From positions 21,427 to 85,426 of IMG/VR virus record IMGVR_UViG_3300013121_000012: a DNA stretch of 64,000 bases, one strand, 5' to 3'. Of the stretch, positions 30,571-38,656 are shown in pieces. The stretch is from a virus (lineage: Duplodnaviria; Heunggongvirae; Uroviricota; Caudoviricetes). The notes beneath the pieces are model-generated. The model ran no database searches, had not been told where the DNA came from, and saw only the letters and a program-made list of their open reading frames with translations. The stretch's first letter is position 1. Each line of letters starts with the position of its first letter. Position numbers and translations under genes: made by a program.

Positions 30571-31305
30571 ATGAAATTCCAATACTTCTCAGATCTACAT
30601 ACTGAATGTCATCATCATGAGTTACGTCGTGCGATCAACGTCGATAAACTCATTAAGAAAGAGGAAGGAATAGTAATCTTCGCTGGCGACATCATGGTCT
30701 TCAACGAAGAAAGAAATCCTTCGCGTATGTTTGGCCCTCTCACGACTGCGGGTGTCGACCTGTTCTACATTCCAGGAAATCATGAATTCTACCGCTCAAA
30801 TGCGAGATTTATGTTCGACACAATTAAGTTCCATACTCGTGTTGTCGAAAGAGAAGATTTCATCGTCATCTTATCTCCTCTTTGGTCTCATCTTCGCGAA
30901 GGTGTCAAAGAGCGCGTAGAACAAAGCATCGCTGATTTCTACCGAATTGAAGGGCATTCTGGAGATTTTCATAACGAAATTCATGCTTACTGTAAAGAGT
31001 TTGTACGACATCATCTCGCGAGATATATAAATGATCCTCGTAAGAAGATTGTTGTATCCCATTTCTCACCAACTCAACATTCAATTGCTCCTTATTGGAG
31101 AATGCATGGTGGAGTTATCAATGAGTATTTCTCGAATAGTATGACAGATATGATCGAAGAATTCCAACCAGATGTTTGGGTTCACGGTCACACTCATGAT
31201 ACATTCGACTACATGATCGGAAAGACGAGAATTCTGTGTAACCCAAGAGGTTATCCAGATGAAAAGAAACCAGGAGAATTCCACTATAATGTGGTAGAAG
31301 TATGA
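30571..31305 (+). CDS. calcineurin-like metallophosphoesterase
   Basis: SDLH, GDIM, GNHE and GHTHD motifs. Confidence 0.6.
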   Translation: MKFQYFSDLHTECHHHELRRAINVDKLIKKEEGIVIFAGDIMVFNEERNPSRMFGPLTTAGVDLFYIPGNHEFYRSNARFMFDTIKFHTRVVEREDFIVILSPLWSHLREGVKERVEQSIADFYRIEGHSGDFHNEIHAYCKEFVRHHLARYINDPRKKIVVSHFSPTQHSIAPYWRMHGGVINEYFSNSMTDMIEEFQPDVWVHGHTHDTFDYMIGKTRILCNPRGYPDEKKPGEFHYNVVEV

Positions 31306-31559
31306 CAAAAACAAACGAAGCAATTTCAGATGAACGAATTAAAAATGCTATTAACGTAATCACACGTTTCGGCGGTATTGACGGCGATCATCACAAAGCT
31401 TGGGTTTTAGATCAAGCAGTTCGTGCTCTTTTTGGTGGAAAACCAAATCGCGATGCATACGAATCTACTCCAGAATACGAACAACATGTGAAAGAAGCAT
31501 GTGAAGGTGATAACGGAGAACCCGATGAATACGAGTGGGATCAAGGAATTCCTCCATGA
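31302..31559 (+). CDS. hypothetical protein
   Basis: ORF. Confidence 0.3.
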   Translation: MTKTNEAISDERIKNAINVITRFGGIDGDHHKAWVLDQAVRALFGGKPNRDAYESTPEYEQHVKEACEGDNGEPDEYEWDQGIPP

Positions 31560-31600
31560 ACGCAATTGTAAATAAATACAATTAGGAGAAACAAAAAACA

Positions 31601-32419
31601 ATGAAGTCGAATCAAGAAGAAATTTTTGGTTTTCTCAACAGGTTTAAGAAACCGATGATCGCTGTTGCAGGCGTTCTGATTTTCTTTCTGTTGCTAAATC
31701 CAATTACGTGCGTGAAACCTGGCCATCGTGGCGTGGTTCTAAAGTTCGGAGCCGTTTCGGGAAAAATCCTGAATGAAGGTGTGAACTGGCGAACTCCATT
31801 CGTCGACGAAGTCGTACAAATCAGTGTTCAAGTACAAAAAGTGGAAGAACAATCTCAATCTGCGTCAAAGGACCTTCAAACAGTCCGTACGGAAATTGCG
31901 CTGAACTTTCATATTTCTCCAGAAGCCGTGAACGAGTTGTATCAGAAAGTCGGTCTCAAATACGCAGACACGATAATCGAACCTGCCGTTCTTGAAACTA
32001 TGAAAGCCGTGACGGCTCAATACTCTGCTTCTGAATTGATTACAAAACGTGAACTTGTTTCTGACGCTGTCAAAGTCTCGTTGAAAGAGAAACTGAAAAC
32101 TTATTATCTGATCGTCGATGAAATATCGATGAAGGATTTCCAATTCAGTCAATCATTCTCTGAGGCGATTGAAGCAAAACAGAAATCCGAACAGGAAGCT
32201 CTTAAAGCTCAGAACGATTTGACTCGTATTAAGGTAGAAGCGGAACAGCAAATCGCTACCGCTAAAGCAGAAGCCGAATCGTATCGACTTAAGAGTCAAC
32301 AAATTACACGTAACATGATCGACATGGAACTCGCGAAGAAGTGGGACGGACACTATCCTCAAGTAATGAGTGGTGGTGGAACCATCTTGCAAATTCCAGT
32401 ACCAAAATCGAATCAATAG
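31601..32419 (+). CDS. SPFH/band-7 (prohibitin-like) membrane protein
   Basis: N-terminal TM segment, then a PHB-domain-like region (GHRGVVLKFG...) and a coiled-coil tail. Confidence 0.65.
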   Translation: MKSNQEEIFGFLNRFKKPMIAVAGVLIFFLLLNPITCVKPGHRGVVLKFGAVSGKILNEGVNWRTPFVDEVVQISVQVQKVEEQSQSASKDLQTVRTEIALNFHISPEAVNELYQKVGLKYADTIIEPAVLETMKAVTAQYSASELITKRELVSDAVKVSLKEKLKTYYLIVDEISMKDFQFSQSFSEAIEAKQKSEQEALKAQNDLTRIKVEAEQQIATAKAEAESYRLKSQQITRNMIDMELAKKWDGHYPQVMSGGGTILQIPVPKSNQ

Positions 32420-32481
32420 GTAATTCACAAGGAGGTCTACTTTTTGTGGACCTCCAATGCAATACTACATATAATAAACCT

Positions 32482-32880
32482 ATGGCAAATTCGGAATTCG
32501 CAATGGAAGAACAAGAAAAACAAAATCTTCTTGAAACTATCAATGATCTTGAAAGCATCCTTGATGAAAAGGAAGAAGAATTAGATGCACTCAATACAGA
32601 AATTCTAGAACTTCAAAAAGAAGTCAACAAGTTCAGAAATGGAATAAGACAAAATGACAACATAAACAGAGAACTAGTATCTTTCCAAGCACAATTATTA
32701 AATATTGTACGAGGAATGGATGGAATTACGGAACAAGATTTCTTACGATATGCACATCACTTCGTTCACAATTTGCGTTCTCAATTGGAATCCAGCCAGT
32801 ATGTTCGCTTAGAATGCGAAAGACAGAATACCCCAGTATATTCGGTACATTCTAGAACTTTTAAATTACCAGGGTTTTAA
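32482..32880 (+). CDS. hypothetical coiled-coil protein
   Basis: Start trimmed to an internal ATG; the upstream part of the track ORF overlaps the previous gene and a hairpin. Confidence 0.35.
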   Translation: MANSEFAMEEQEKQNLLETINDLESILDEKEEELDALNTEILELQKEVNKFRNGIRQNDNINRELVSFQAQLLNIVRGMDGITEQDFLRYAHHFVHNLRSQLESSQYVRLECERQNTPVYSVHSRTFKLPGF

Positions 32881-32881
32881 T

Positions 32882-33148
32882 ATGAAAAAACTCTCAATAA
32901 AAATTGAGGATCGATTCGTCGAACCACTCCTTCTCAACAAAGGATTTCTCCTTGATGTCAAGGATAAAGATCAATTGGTCGAAAGATTTCGTATTGTTGC
33001 CCGTATTGCAAGGATTCGCCAACTTAGGTTGAAAGCATATTTGAATAAAATCAAGAATTCTGAAACGCTTCAGCATTCTCTTTTGTTTATTGCCAAGGTT
33101 TTAATTGCTGCACAAAGCAAAAAATATAAGAATCTTGCATCGACATAA
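32882..33148 (+). CDS. hypothetical protein
   Basis: ORF. Confidence 0.3.
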   Translation: MKKLSIKIEDRFVEPLLLNKGFLLDVKDKDQLVERFRIVARIARIRQLRLKAYLNKIKNSETLQHSLLFIAKVLIAAQSKKYKNLAST

Positions 33149-33167
33149 CGTAAAATATACTACATAA

Positions 33168-33241
33168 GCTCTAGTAGAGAATGGTATATCGGTTCCGCTT
33201 AAAACGGGATGTCATTGTCGGTTCGAATCCGACCTAGAGTA
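33168..33241 (+). tRNA. tRNA, class-I size, anticodon loop cuUAAaa (Leu-type anticodon UAA)
   Basis: Acceptor gctctag/ctagagt, T-arm gtcgg-TTCGAAT-ccgac, discriminator A. Confidence 0.55.
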
Positions 33242-33244
33242 AAT

Positions 33245-33321
33245 GCCGGTGTGATGCAATTTTGGCAGACATCTCTCATTCAAAACGAGAGTTTTTGGGG
33301 GTTCGAGTCCCTTCACCGGCA
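33245..33321 (+). tRNA. tRNA, class-I size, probable anticodon CAA (loop uuCAAaa closed by an A·C mismatch)
   Basis: Acceptor gccggtg/caccggc, T-loop TTCGAGT, discriminator A. Confidence 0.45.
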
Positions 33322-33337
33322 CAAAGTTTTTTAATAA

Positions 33338-33411
33338 GCCACTGTACACCAACGGTAGAGTGAGCGGTCTTAGAAGCCGTAAAGTGATGGGTTCGAATCC
33401 CTCCAGTGGTA
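33338..33411 (+). tRNA. tRNA, class-I size, anticodon loop cuUAGaa (Leu-type UAG); weak T-stem
   Basis: Acceptor gccactg/cagtggt, T-loop TTCGAAT. Confidence 0.45.
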
Positions 33412-33421
33412 CATAAAAATT

Positions 33422-33495
33422 GGTCTTGTGCGCGAAATGGTATAGCGGCAGTCCTGAGAAGGCTGTGTTTGTGGGTTCGAATCTCACCAAGACCA
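33422..33495 (+). tRNA. tRNA, class-I size, anticodon GAG (loop cuGAGaa; Leu-type)
   Basis: Acceptor ggtcttg/caagacc, D-stem cgcg, anticodon stem cagtc/ggctg, T-arm gtggg-TTCGAAT-ctcac, 5-nt variable loop. Confidence 0.6.
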
Positions 33496-33770
33496 CATGA
33501 ATATTGGTTGACAAGAGATTGTTAGAAACTCTTGGTAGCTCGAAATGATTGTTCTACGTAGTCTATTCGTAGTGATCATAGTAGAGTGCACTAAGACTGG
33601 ATGACGCAAAAATCTTTTGTCCGAAATGTTCATCATTTTCCTGGGTGATTAGAAAACAAAAAGTCTACGCCGAAAGAAAATGAAAATAATTTAATTGATT
33701 TAGAATTTAGAATTGACGCGGTTATGAATGGGTTTCTTGAACGTTTTTCCCCCGCAATAAACGTTCTTAA

Positions 33771-33858
33771 CCTCCTGTGGTGTAATGGCAGCACAACGGA
33801 TTTATATCCCGTCGCACCAGATTAGTGGTTTGTGAAGGTTCGATTCCTTCCAGGAGGA
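33771..33858 (+). tRNA. class-II (long variable arm) tRNA, anticodon unresolved
   Basis: Acceptor cctcctg/caggagg, T-arm gaagg-TTCGATT-ccttc, variable-arm hairpin acca/tggt. The anticodon region has an irregular 9-nt loop. Confidence 0.45.
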
Positions 33859-33939
33859 CATGAGTTTGAAAACGACAATAACAGTCGCTTTGAAGATGAA
33901 ATTAAATTGTAGTAGTCGACATTGTTCAAACTCACAAAT

Positions 33940-34013
33940 GGGTTGCTCGTCTAATGATTAGGACACCGTCCCCTTTACGGACGGAAATCGGGACTCGATC
34001 CCCCGGTGGCCCA
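33940..34013 (+). tRNA. degenerate tRNA-like element (possible pseudo-tRNA; loop ccUUUac)
   Basis: Acceptor gggttgc/gtggccc with three G·U pairs, T-loop CTCGATC, anticodon-like hairpin ccgtcc-cctttac-ggacgg. Confidence 0.25.
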
Positions 34014-34193
34014 CATTTTCTCACCAAAGAGAGTAAGAATCTCATGAGGACGGGTGATTCCCTTGACTGCTTGTAATTAAGCGTCCCATTATCTTCTAAT
34101 CGGAAGAATGCCCGAGCGTATGACGACTTGGCAAGTGAGAAAAAGAAGATAAAGTGAAAAACTAAGCCGCGGCTTGTATGCGCTTTATCATTC

Positions 34194-34264
34194 AGGAACT
34201 TAGTTCACTGGTAGAATTTTTGTACGACGCACAAAAGAAAAGAGTTCGATTCTCTTAGTTCCTA
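34194..34264 (+). tRNA. degenerate tRNA-like element (no U33; possible pseudo-tRNA)
   Basis: Acceptor aggaact/agttcct, T-arm aagag-TTCGATT-ctctt, anticodon hairpin tttgt-acgacgc-acaaa. Confidence 0.3.
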
Positions 34265-34298
34265 CATATTATTCGAACAAAGAACAAATATAATATGT

Positions 34299-34874
34299 AT
34301 GAGTTCTTTAAAGTTCGAACCTATAGATCAATATATTCTCAAATCAAAGGATTTGAGACAATCGCATCTTGACTTAAAATCTGAATGCATTGAAATAGGA
34401 GGCGCTGACTCAAAACATTATAGAGGATTATTGGCTCATGTTCTTAAAACAACAATTCCATCTGGAAAAAAGATTCATTTATGTCATGCATGCAATAATC
34501 CAAAATGTTCCAATGTCAAACACTTATACTGGGGAACTGTAAAAGAGAATGCGCGTGATAAATTTGAATGTGGAAGAATGAGCTCTAAAAAAATAAAAGA
34601 ATCGCTTTTGAGAAAATTTGGATCAGAAGAAAATCTTCGGAAGCATTTCTCTGAAAATGGAAAGAAAAACAAGGGAAGAATCTTAGATCCAGAAAAAACC
34701 AAACACAGAATAGATTTAATACGATATTGTAATGTTGATTTTTCGAAATATGGTTGGGTACAAGAAGTGAGTAAAGTTACTGGAGTACATACGCAACACA
34801 TTAATAAACTGGTAAAAAGACATTTACCAGAAATTTATGCAATTGCCTTCAAGAGGAAAACAAAGGTATCATAG
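34299..34874 (+). CDS. HNH homing endonuclease
   Basis: HLCHACNNPKCSNVKHLYWGT: an HNH motif embedded in the tRNA array. Confidence 0.55.
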   Translation: MSSLKFEPIDQYILKSKDLRQSHLDLKSECIEIGGADSKHYRGLLAHVLKTTIPSGKKIHLCHACNNPKCSNVKHLYWGTVKENARDKFECGRMSSKKIKESLLRKFGSEENLRKHFSENGKKNKGRILDPEKTKHRIDLIRYCNVDFSKYGWVQEVSKVTGVHTQHINKLVKRHLPEIYAIAFKRKTKVS

Positions 34875-34889
34875 AAATATAATACATAT

Positions 34890-34958
34890 CGCGTGAGCGC
34901 TAGGGAGCACGGTTCTCTCATAAGGAACCTTTGGTGGGTTCGAATCCCATGCACGCGA
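34890..34958 (+). tRNA. tRNA-Met/Ile2 (anticodon CAU), short D-arm
   Basis: Anticodon arm ggttct-cuCAUaa-ggaacc; T-arm gtggg-TTCGAAT-cccat. Confidence 0.5.
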
Positions 34959-34962
34959 CCAT

Positions 34963-35033
34963 GGAGCATTAGTGTAGTGGTTATCACGGCTGATTGTCGA
35001 TCAGCAAATAGGGGTTCGATTCCCCTATGCTCC
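34963..35033 (+). tRNA. tRNA-Asp (GUC)
   Basis: Acceptor ggagcat/atgctcc, anticodon arm gctga-uuGUCga-tcagc, T-arm agggg-TTCGATT-cccct. Confidence 0.6.
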
Positions 35034-35239
35034 GCACTACTTTCTCTAATCTACCTTAACTGGCAAACTGAGGAAGTATAATCGACGGTCTATTTCAAGC
35101 TTACGAGTTTGTTAGAAGATTGTACCCTACTTCTTGCAAGTAGGGATTAGGATGAAATACAAAATCGGTGATTAAGTTCCCGAATACAAAGGTTCATTCG
35201 CCCACAATGAAATGTTCGAACGAGTAGTTGTGGTTTTTA

Positions 35240-35317
35240 GGTCACGTATCGGCGGGGTCTTCTAAGCCTTAAGCACGTAAATGGATGAAAATGCGGGTTC
35301 GATTCCTGCCGTGATCG
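35240..35317 (+). tRNA. tRNA-like gene, anticodon arm not resolved
   Basis: Acceptor ggtcacg/cgtgatc, T-arm gcggg-TTCGATT-cctgc. Confidence 0.35.
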
Positions 35318-35340
35318 CAGCATCATAGGATGCATTTATC

Positions 35341-35742
35341 GGGGGCGCATTTGGCTTCGATTGTCCTGTTTGAAAACAAATTCTCAGTCGAGGAGTGTGC
35401 CTCGTAAAAAACAACAAAGCATATAAATGCAGAAAAGAAAGAAGGTAAACTACTCGTTGGAAACTTTGGTGCTACACCAGTTTCTCGTGGCGTAGTTGCC
35501 GCACTCGCAGCTTAATTTTAAGTTGCAAGAAACCCACAAGAGTTCGGTAGTGGTGTTTCTCCTTACAGAACTAAGAGATAAGAAAACGACGAAGGTTCTT
35601 ATTTATGAAAATTTCAGATTCGCCGAAGCCACCGACGCTTGTGTCTTATGTAGGTGAGCAGGAACAGTCAATAAGACTCTAAACTGTAAGATGAATCTGT
35701 TTTACAAGGGGTAAGACAGGGGTTCGATTCCCCTCGCCTCCA
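35341..35742 (+). ncRNA. ssrA: tmRNA (ssrA-like)
   Basis: 5' GGGGGCG pairs with 3' CGCCUCC-A and gives a G3·U70 pair (Ala identity). A T-arm agggg-TTCGATT-cccct lies next to the 3' end. The 5' region GGCTTCGATTGTCC resembles the tmRNA GGATTCGACGGG block. An internal reading frame ends ...GVVAALAA-TAA, a typical degradation tag. Confidence 0.65.
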
Positions 35743-35867
35743 CAAAGAATGTTTTTAACCATAGGCGGATCTCCGTTTATGAATCTCGCTATGACGGATA
35801 GCGATCACATCACTGAGCAGTTACAGTAATGTCGAGAAGTTAGAAGCCAACATCCGTCAGCAATATT

Positions 35868-36203
35868 ATGATTACATGTCCACAATGCAAAGGGTCAGGT
35901 TACGCAGAAGAAGGTAGAACTTACTGTGCGGTTTGCGAATCTGTCGGTTATCTCCCTCAAATCGTTGCGTCAGCAATCCGCTACAATGGAATAGTCTATA
36001 CTGGAAAACGTCATAACAACATTATTCATGAGATGGTAACGAAATATCTCATTCGTAAACCTACAATTGACAATGAGCAAGGATTCGTAGACGAGAACGG
36101 AAATTATCTTACTCGCAAAGAAGGTGCTCGTCTTGCTCTAAAAAGCGGCCAAATTGAAAAACTATCTTGGCCACCGAACCTTTATAGTGAAGACTTATGG
36201 TAA
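35868..36203 (+). CDS. hypothetical zinc-ribbon protein
   Basis: CPQCKGSG...CAVC. Confidence 0.35.
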   Translation: MITCPQCKGSGYAEEGRTYCAVCESVGYLPQIVASAIRYNGIVYTGKRHNNIIHEMVTKYLIRKPTIDNEQGFVDENGNYLTRKEGARLALKSGQIEKLSWPPNLYSEDLW

Positions 36204-36219
36204 ATCGATATAATAAACT

Positions 36220-36408
36220 ATGCCTAGTCCTTATGCGATTATCGAATATAATCTTTCTCAAGGACAAGATGAGCATACACTAACAAGCGACAATCTCGCA
36301 GATCTAATTGAAGAAGTGATCGATGCTGTCAAAGAAGACAGAAAGAATAATACTCTTGTGTTCACAGCAAAATTCAAAAGACTTGTAGAGGAACTAAGGA
36401 AAACATAA
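36220..36408 (+). CDS. hypothetical small protein
   Basis: ORF. Confidence 0.3.
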   Translation: MPSPYAIIEYNLSQGQDEHTLTSDNLADLIEEVIDAVKEDRKNNTLVFTAKFKRLVEELRKT

Positions 36409-36671
36409 TGACACGAATTGTTCCAGACGATACGCGTAAAAAATGGAGAATTGTTATGCTTCCTAATAAGAAGTATGCAGTTCAAAGAAAATTCTTGTTT
36501 TGGTGGTTGTATGAAAGTATCACTGTCCCCTCCGGATTTGCTGATTTTGAAGATCTTATTCTCGAATTCGAGAAACTCAAATTAGCCGAAGAGCATATTA
36601 AAAAGAACTGCAAGAAACAAAAAACAAATAATGTAATATGTCACTACAATGACGAAGGAATAGAAGTATGA
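36408..36671 (+). CDS. hypothetical protein
   Basis: ORF. Confidence 0.3.
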   Translation: MTRIVPDDTRKKWRIVMLPNKKYAVQRKFLFWWLYESITVPSGFADFEDLILEFEKLKLAEEHIKKNCKKQKTNNVICHYNDEGIEV

Positions 36672-37663
36672 TACGACAAGTAAAAGCAGTAGTCTATTTT
36701 CATTCGAATTGTTTCGACGGAGTAGGAGCCGCTGCAGTCGCAAAATACCTCCTGAACAAAGAAGGAATAAACGTAACATGCATTCCTTATACTCATGGAA
36801 CTCCTGAAGGAGTAGCAATTCCACAATGGGTAAGTTCACATAAAGATGCCGGAATAACAGATGAAATCTACTGTGTAGACTTCACTCCTAAGAAATCAGA
36901 CGCAGAACGATTCATGAAAACTGGTGCAACGGTTATTGTTCTTGATCATCATATCTCTGCAATAGAGAAAGTTGAAGCGGATCCAGAATACAAAGCAATG
37001 TTCGATACAGTGGAATTCGACATCCATAGAAGTGGATGCGGAATTACATGGGATTACATCTCTGCTGGATTACCTCGTCCTAAGTTCGTTGATCTAATTG
37101 AAGACCGTGATCTGTACAAATTTCGCTGGCCATATACAAAAGAATTCTACCACTTCCTCGGAACTCTTGATTTTGATATCGACGAATTCGTAAAAGTGCT
37201 AGCACACTCGGTGGAAAACATTGATAATGAAAATTGTCTGGCGGAATACCTAAATAAAGGAATTGCGATAGGCAAATACTACGATTCACATATTGAATCT
37301 CTTGCGAGAGAAGCGTTTGTTGGAATATTCCAATTCGGAAACAAATTCATTCCGTTCTATAATGTTCCATATTTCTATGGATCAGATTTGTGTAATAAAA
37401 TCATTAACACAAAGAACACACCATATTGCGGTTACTTCTCGATAATGAGAGGACGTATTCGTGGAGGAATAAGAAGCAAGAAAGGACATGATGATTGTCA
37501 TATCCTTTGTGCACAAGTAGGTGGCGGTGGTCACGCTAATGCTTCTGGATTTGAAACATCTATCAGCAAGCTTTTAGGACCTATGGGAATGCAAGTTAGC
37601 GAATGGCTCGTGGCTCTCGATGATCAGGAGCTTGTTGATAAATTTTACAAGAAGGAAAAATGA
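36668..37663 (+). CDS. DHH/DHHA1-family phosphoesterase (NrnA-like nanoRNase / phosphodiesterase)
   Basis: FHSNCFDGVGAAAV (DHH motif I/II region), VLDHHI (DHH) and GGGGHANASG (DHHA1 GGGH motif). Confidence 0.6.
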   Translation: MIRQVKAVVYFHSNCFDGVGAAAVAKYLLNKEGINVTCIPYTHGTPEGVAIPQWVSSHKDAGITDEIYCVDFTPKKSDAERFMKTGATVIVLDHHISAIEKVEADPEYKAMFDTVEFDIHRSGCGITWDYISAGLPRPKFVDLIEDRDLYKFRWPYTKEFYHFLGTLDFDIDEFVKVLAHSVENIDNENCLAEYLNKGIAIGKYYDSHIESLAREAFVGIFQFGNKFIPFYNVPYFYGSDLCNKIINTKNTPYCGYFSIMRGRIRGGIRSKKGHDDCHILCAQVGGGGHANASGFETSISKLLGPMGMQVSEWLVALDDQELVDKFYKKEK

Positions 37664-37947
37664 GAATCGACGCTAAACAAGCATTTGAAAATGTTCTCAA
37701 TTCAGAACATTATTATGATAATGCAAAAGTAAAATACTGGGATTCGATTCGCGAAGACATCGAAGAGAAGATCATAAAACAATCCAAGCTCGGAAAAGTA
37801 TTTCATGAAACATCAGTTAGGAAAGAATTTTCTGGCTACGTCACAGAGCAATTAAGAAAGAATGGATTTCAAGCTAGTGAAAAAGGGCCTACATCTCGAT
37901 CAGAAGAGTTTGTTAAAATAACAATAGGATGGCAGAACGAAAAATGA
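37660..37947 (+). CDS. hypothetical protein
   Basis: ORF. Confidence 0.3.
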   Translation: MRIDAKQAFENVLNSEHYYDNAKVKYWDSIREDIEEKIIKQSKLGKVFHETSVRKEFSGYVTEQLRKNGFQASEKGPTSRSEEFVKITIGWQNEK

Positions 37948-38180
37948 CAGAAACAAAACCAAATTTCACTCATATGTCGAATGATGCATTCGAATGGTTC
38001 GTGGAATGTTACATCAATGCAGTCTCAATGGCTAGAACATCCAAATCCCTAATGGCAAAAGGAATTCCAAGCCTAGGCCAACACTTTCAGAACTACTACG
38101 GCATTAAGGATGAAGAGCTTACTGCCGAGAAAGACATCAATAAACAATTTCACATTATCAAGCGAAAGTACATAAAATGA
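37929..38180 (+). CDS. hypothetical protein
   Basis: ORF. Confidence 0.3.
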   Translation: MAERKMTETKPNFTHMSNDAFEWFVECYINAVSMARTSKSLMAKGIPSLGQHFQNYYGIKDEELTAEKDINKQFHIIKRKYIK

Positions 38181-38359
38181 TTTCTTCACAACAGCTTCTA
38201 TATACGTCGGCGATGTTCGACCAATACATGAAGAAAAGTGGACTTCGTTTCGGACAGCATTTCTGTAATACATTTGGTGTGACAGATCCAAATGTGTTTT
38301 ATGAAAACAACACAGACGTCGCAATCGCAAAGATTCGTGAAAAATACGTAAAAGATTGA
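38177..38359 (+). CDS. hypothetical small protein
   Basis: ORF. Confidence 0.3.
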   Translation: MISSQQLLYTSAMFDQYMKKSGLRFGQHFCNTFGVTDPNVFYENNTDVAIAKIREKYVKD

Positions 38360-38369
38360 AAAATATCTT

Positions 38370-38603
38370 ATGCGGCTCTGTCGCATGTACATCGCAATAC
38401 TTCTCTGTATGAATTTCGTCTCAGGAATTCCGCAGATAAAAACCGACGAATATGCAATCAACGGAATAAAGGGTGATGATGTAATTTACAACGACAAATC
38501 GTCTTGCTTCCTTATATTCAATGGAAAACGAATAGAGAAGGAATGCATACAAGAAATCAGACCATGCTTCTTTACCAAGGAAGCTTTCGTTTGTCTTAAA
38601 TAG
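38370..38603 (+). CDS. small secreted protein (signal peptide)
   Basis: N-terminal hydrophobic signal-like segment. Confidence 0.3.
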   Translation: MRLCRMYIAILLCMNFVSGIPQIKTDEYAINGIKGDDVIYNDKSSCFLIFNGKRIEKECIQEIRPCFFTKEAFVCLK

Positions 38604-38608
38604 AACCA

Positions 38609-38637
38609 TTTACAACATACTCGTTTTTCTGTATAAT
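38609..38637 (+). promoter_or_regulatory. sigma70-like promoter CCATTTACAA-N17-TATAAT
   Basis: Same conserved architecture as at 21474, 28210, 52094 and 52620; lies upstream of the RNA ligase gene. Confidence 0.5.
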
Positions 38638-38656
38638 AGAGAAACCAGGAGGCAAC

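Noticed and set aside
33212-33514. Minus-strand ORF 33212..33514 and plus-strand ORF 34893..35081.
   Set aside because: They are translations of tandem tRNA genes (their 'proteins' read through GGTTCGAATCC motifs) and are spurious.
33168-35742. Possibility that the Leu-anticodon class-I tRNAs and the tmRNA indicate stop-codon reassignment (an alternative genetic code).
   Set aside because: All long ORFs across the window, such as the 1182-aa sheath and the 651-aa Rad50, are uninterrupted under the standard code, and no suppressor anticodons (CUA/UUA/UCA) were found.
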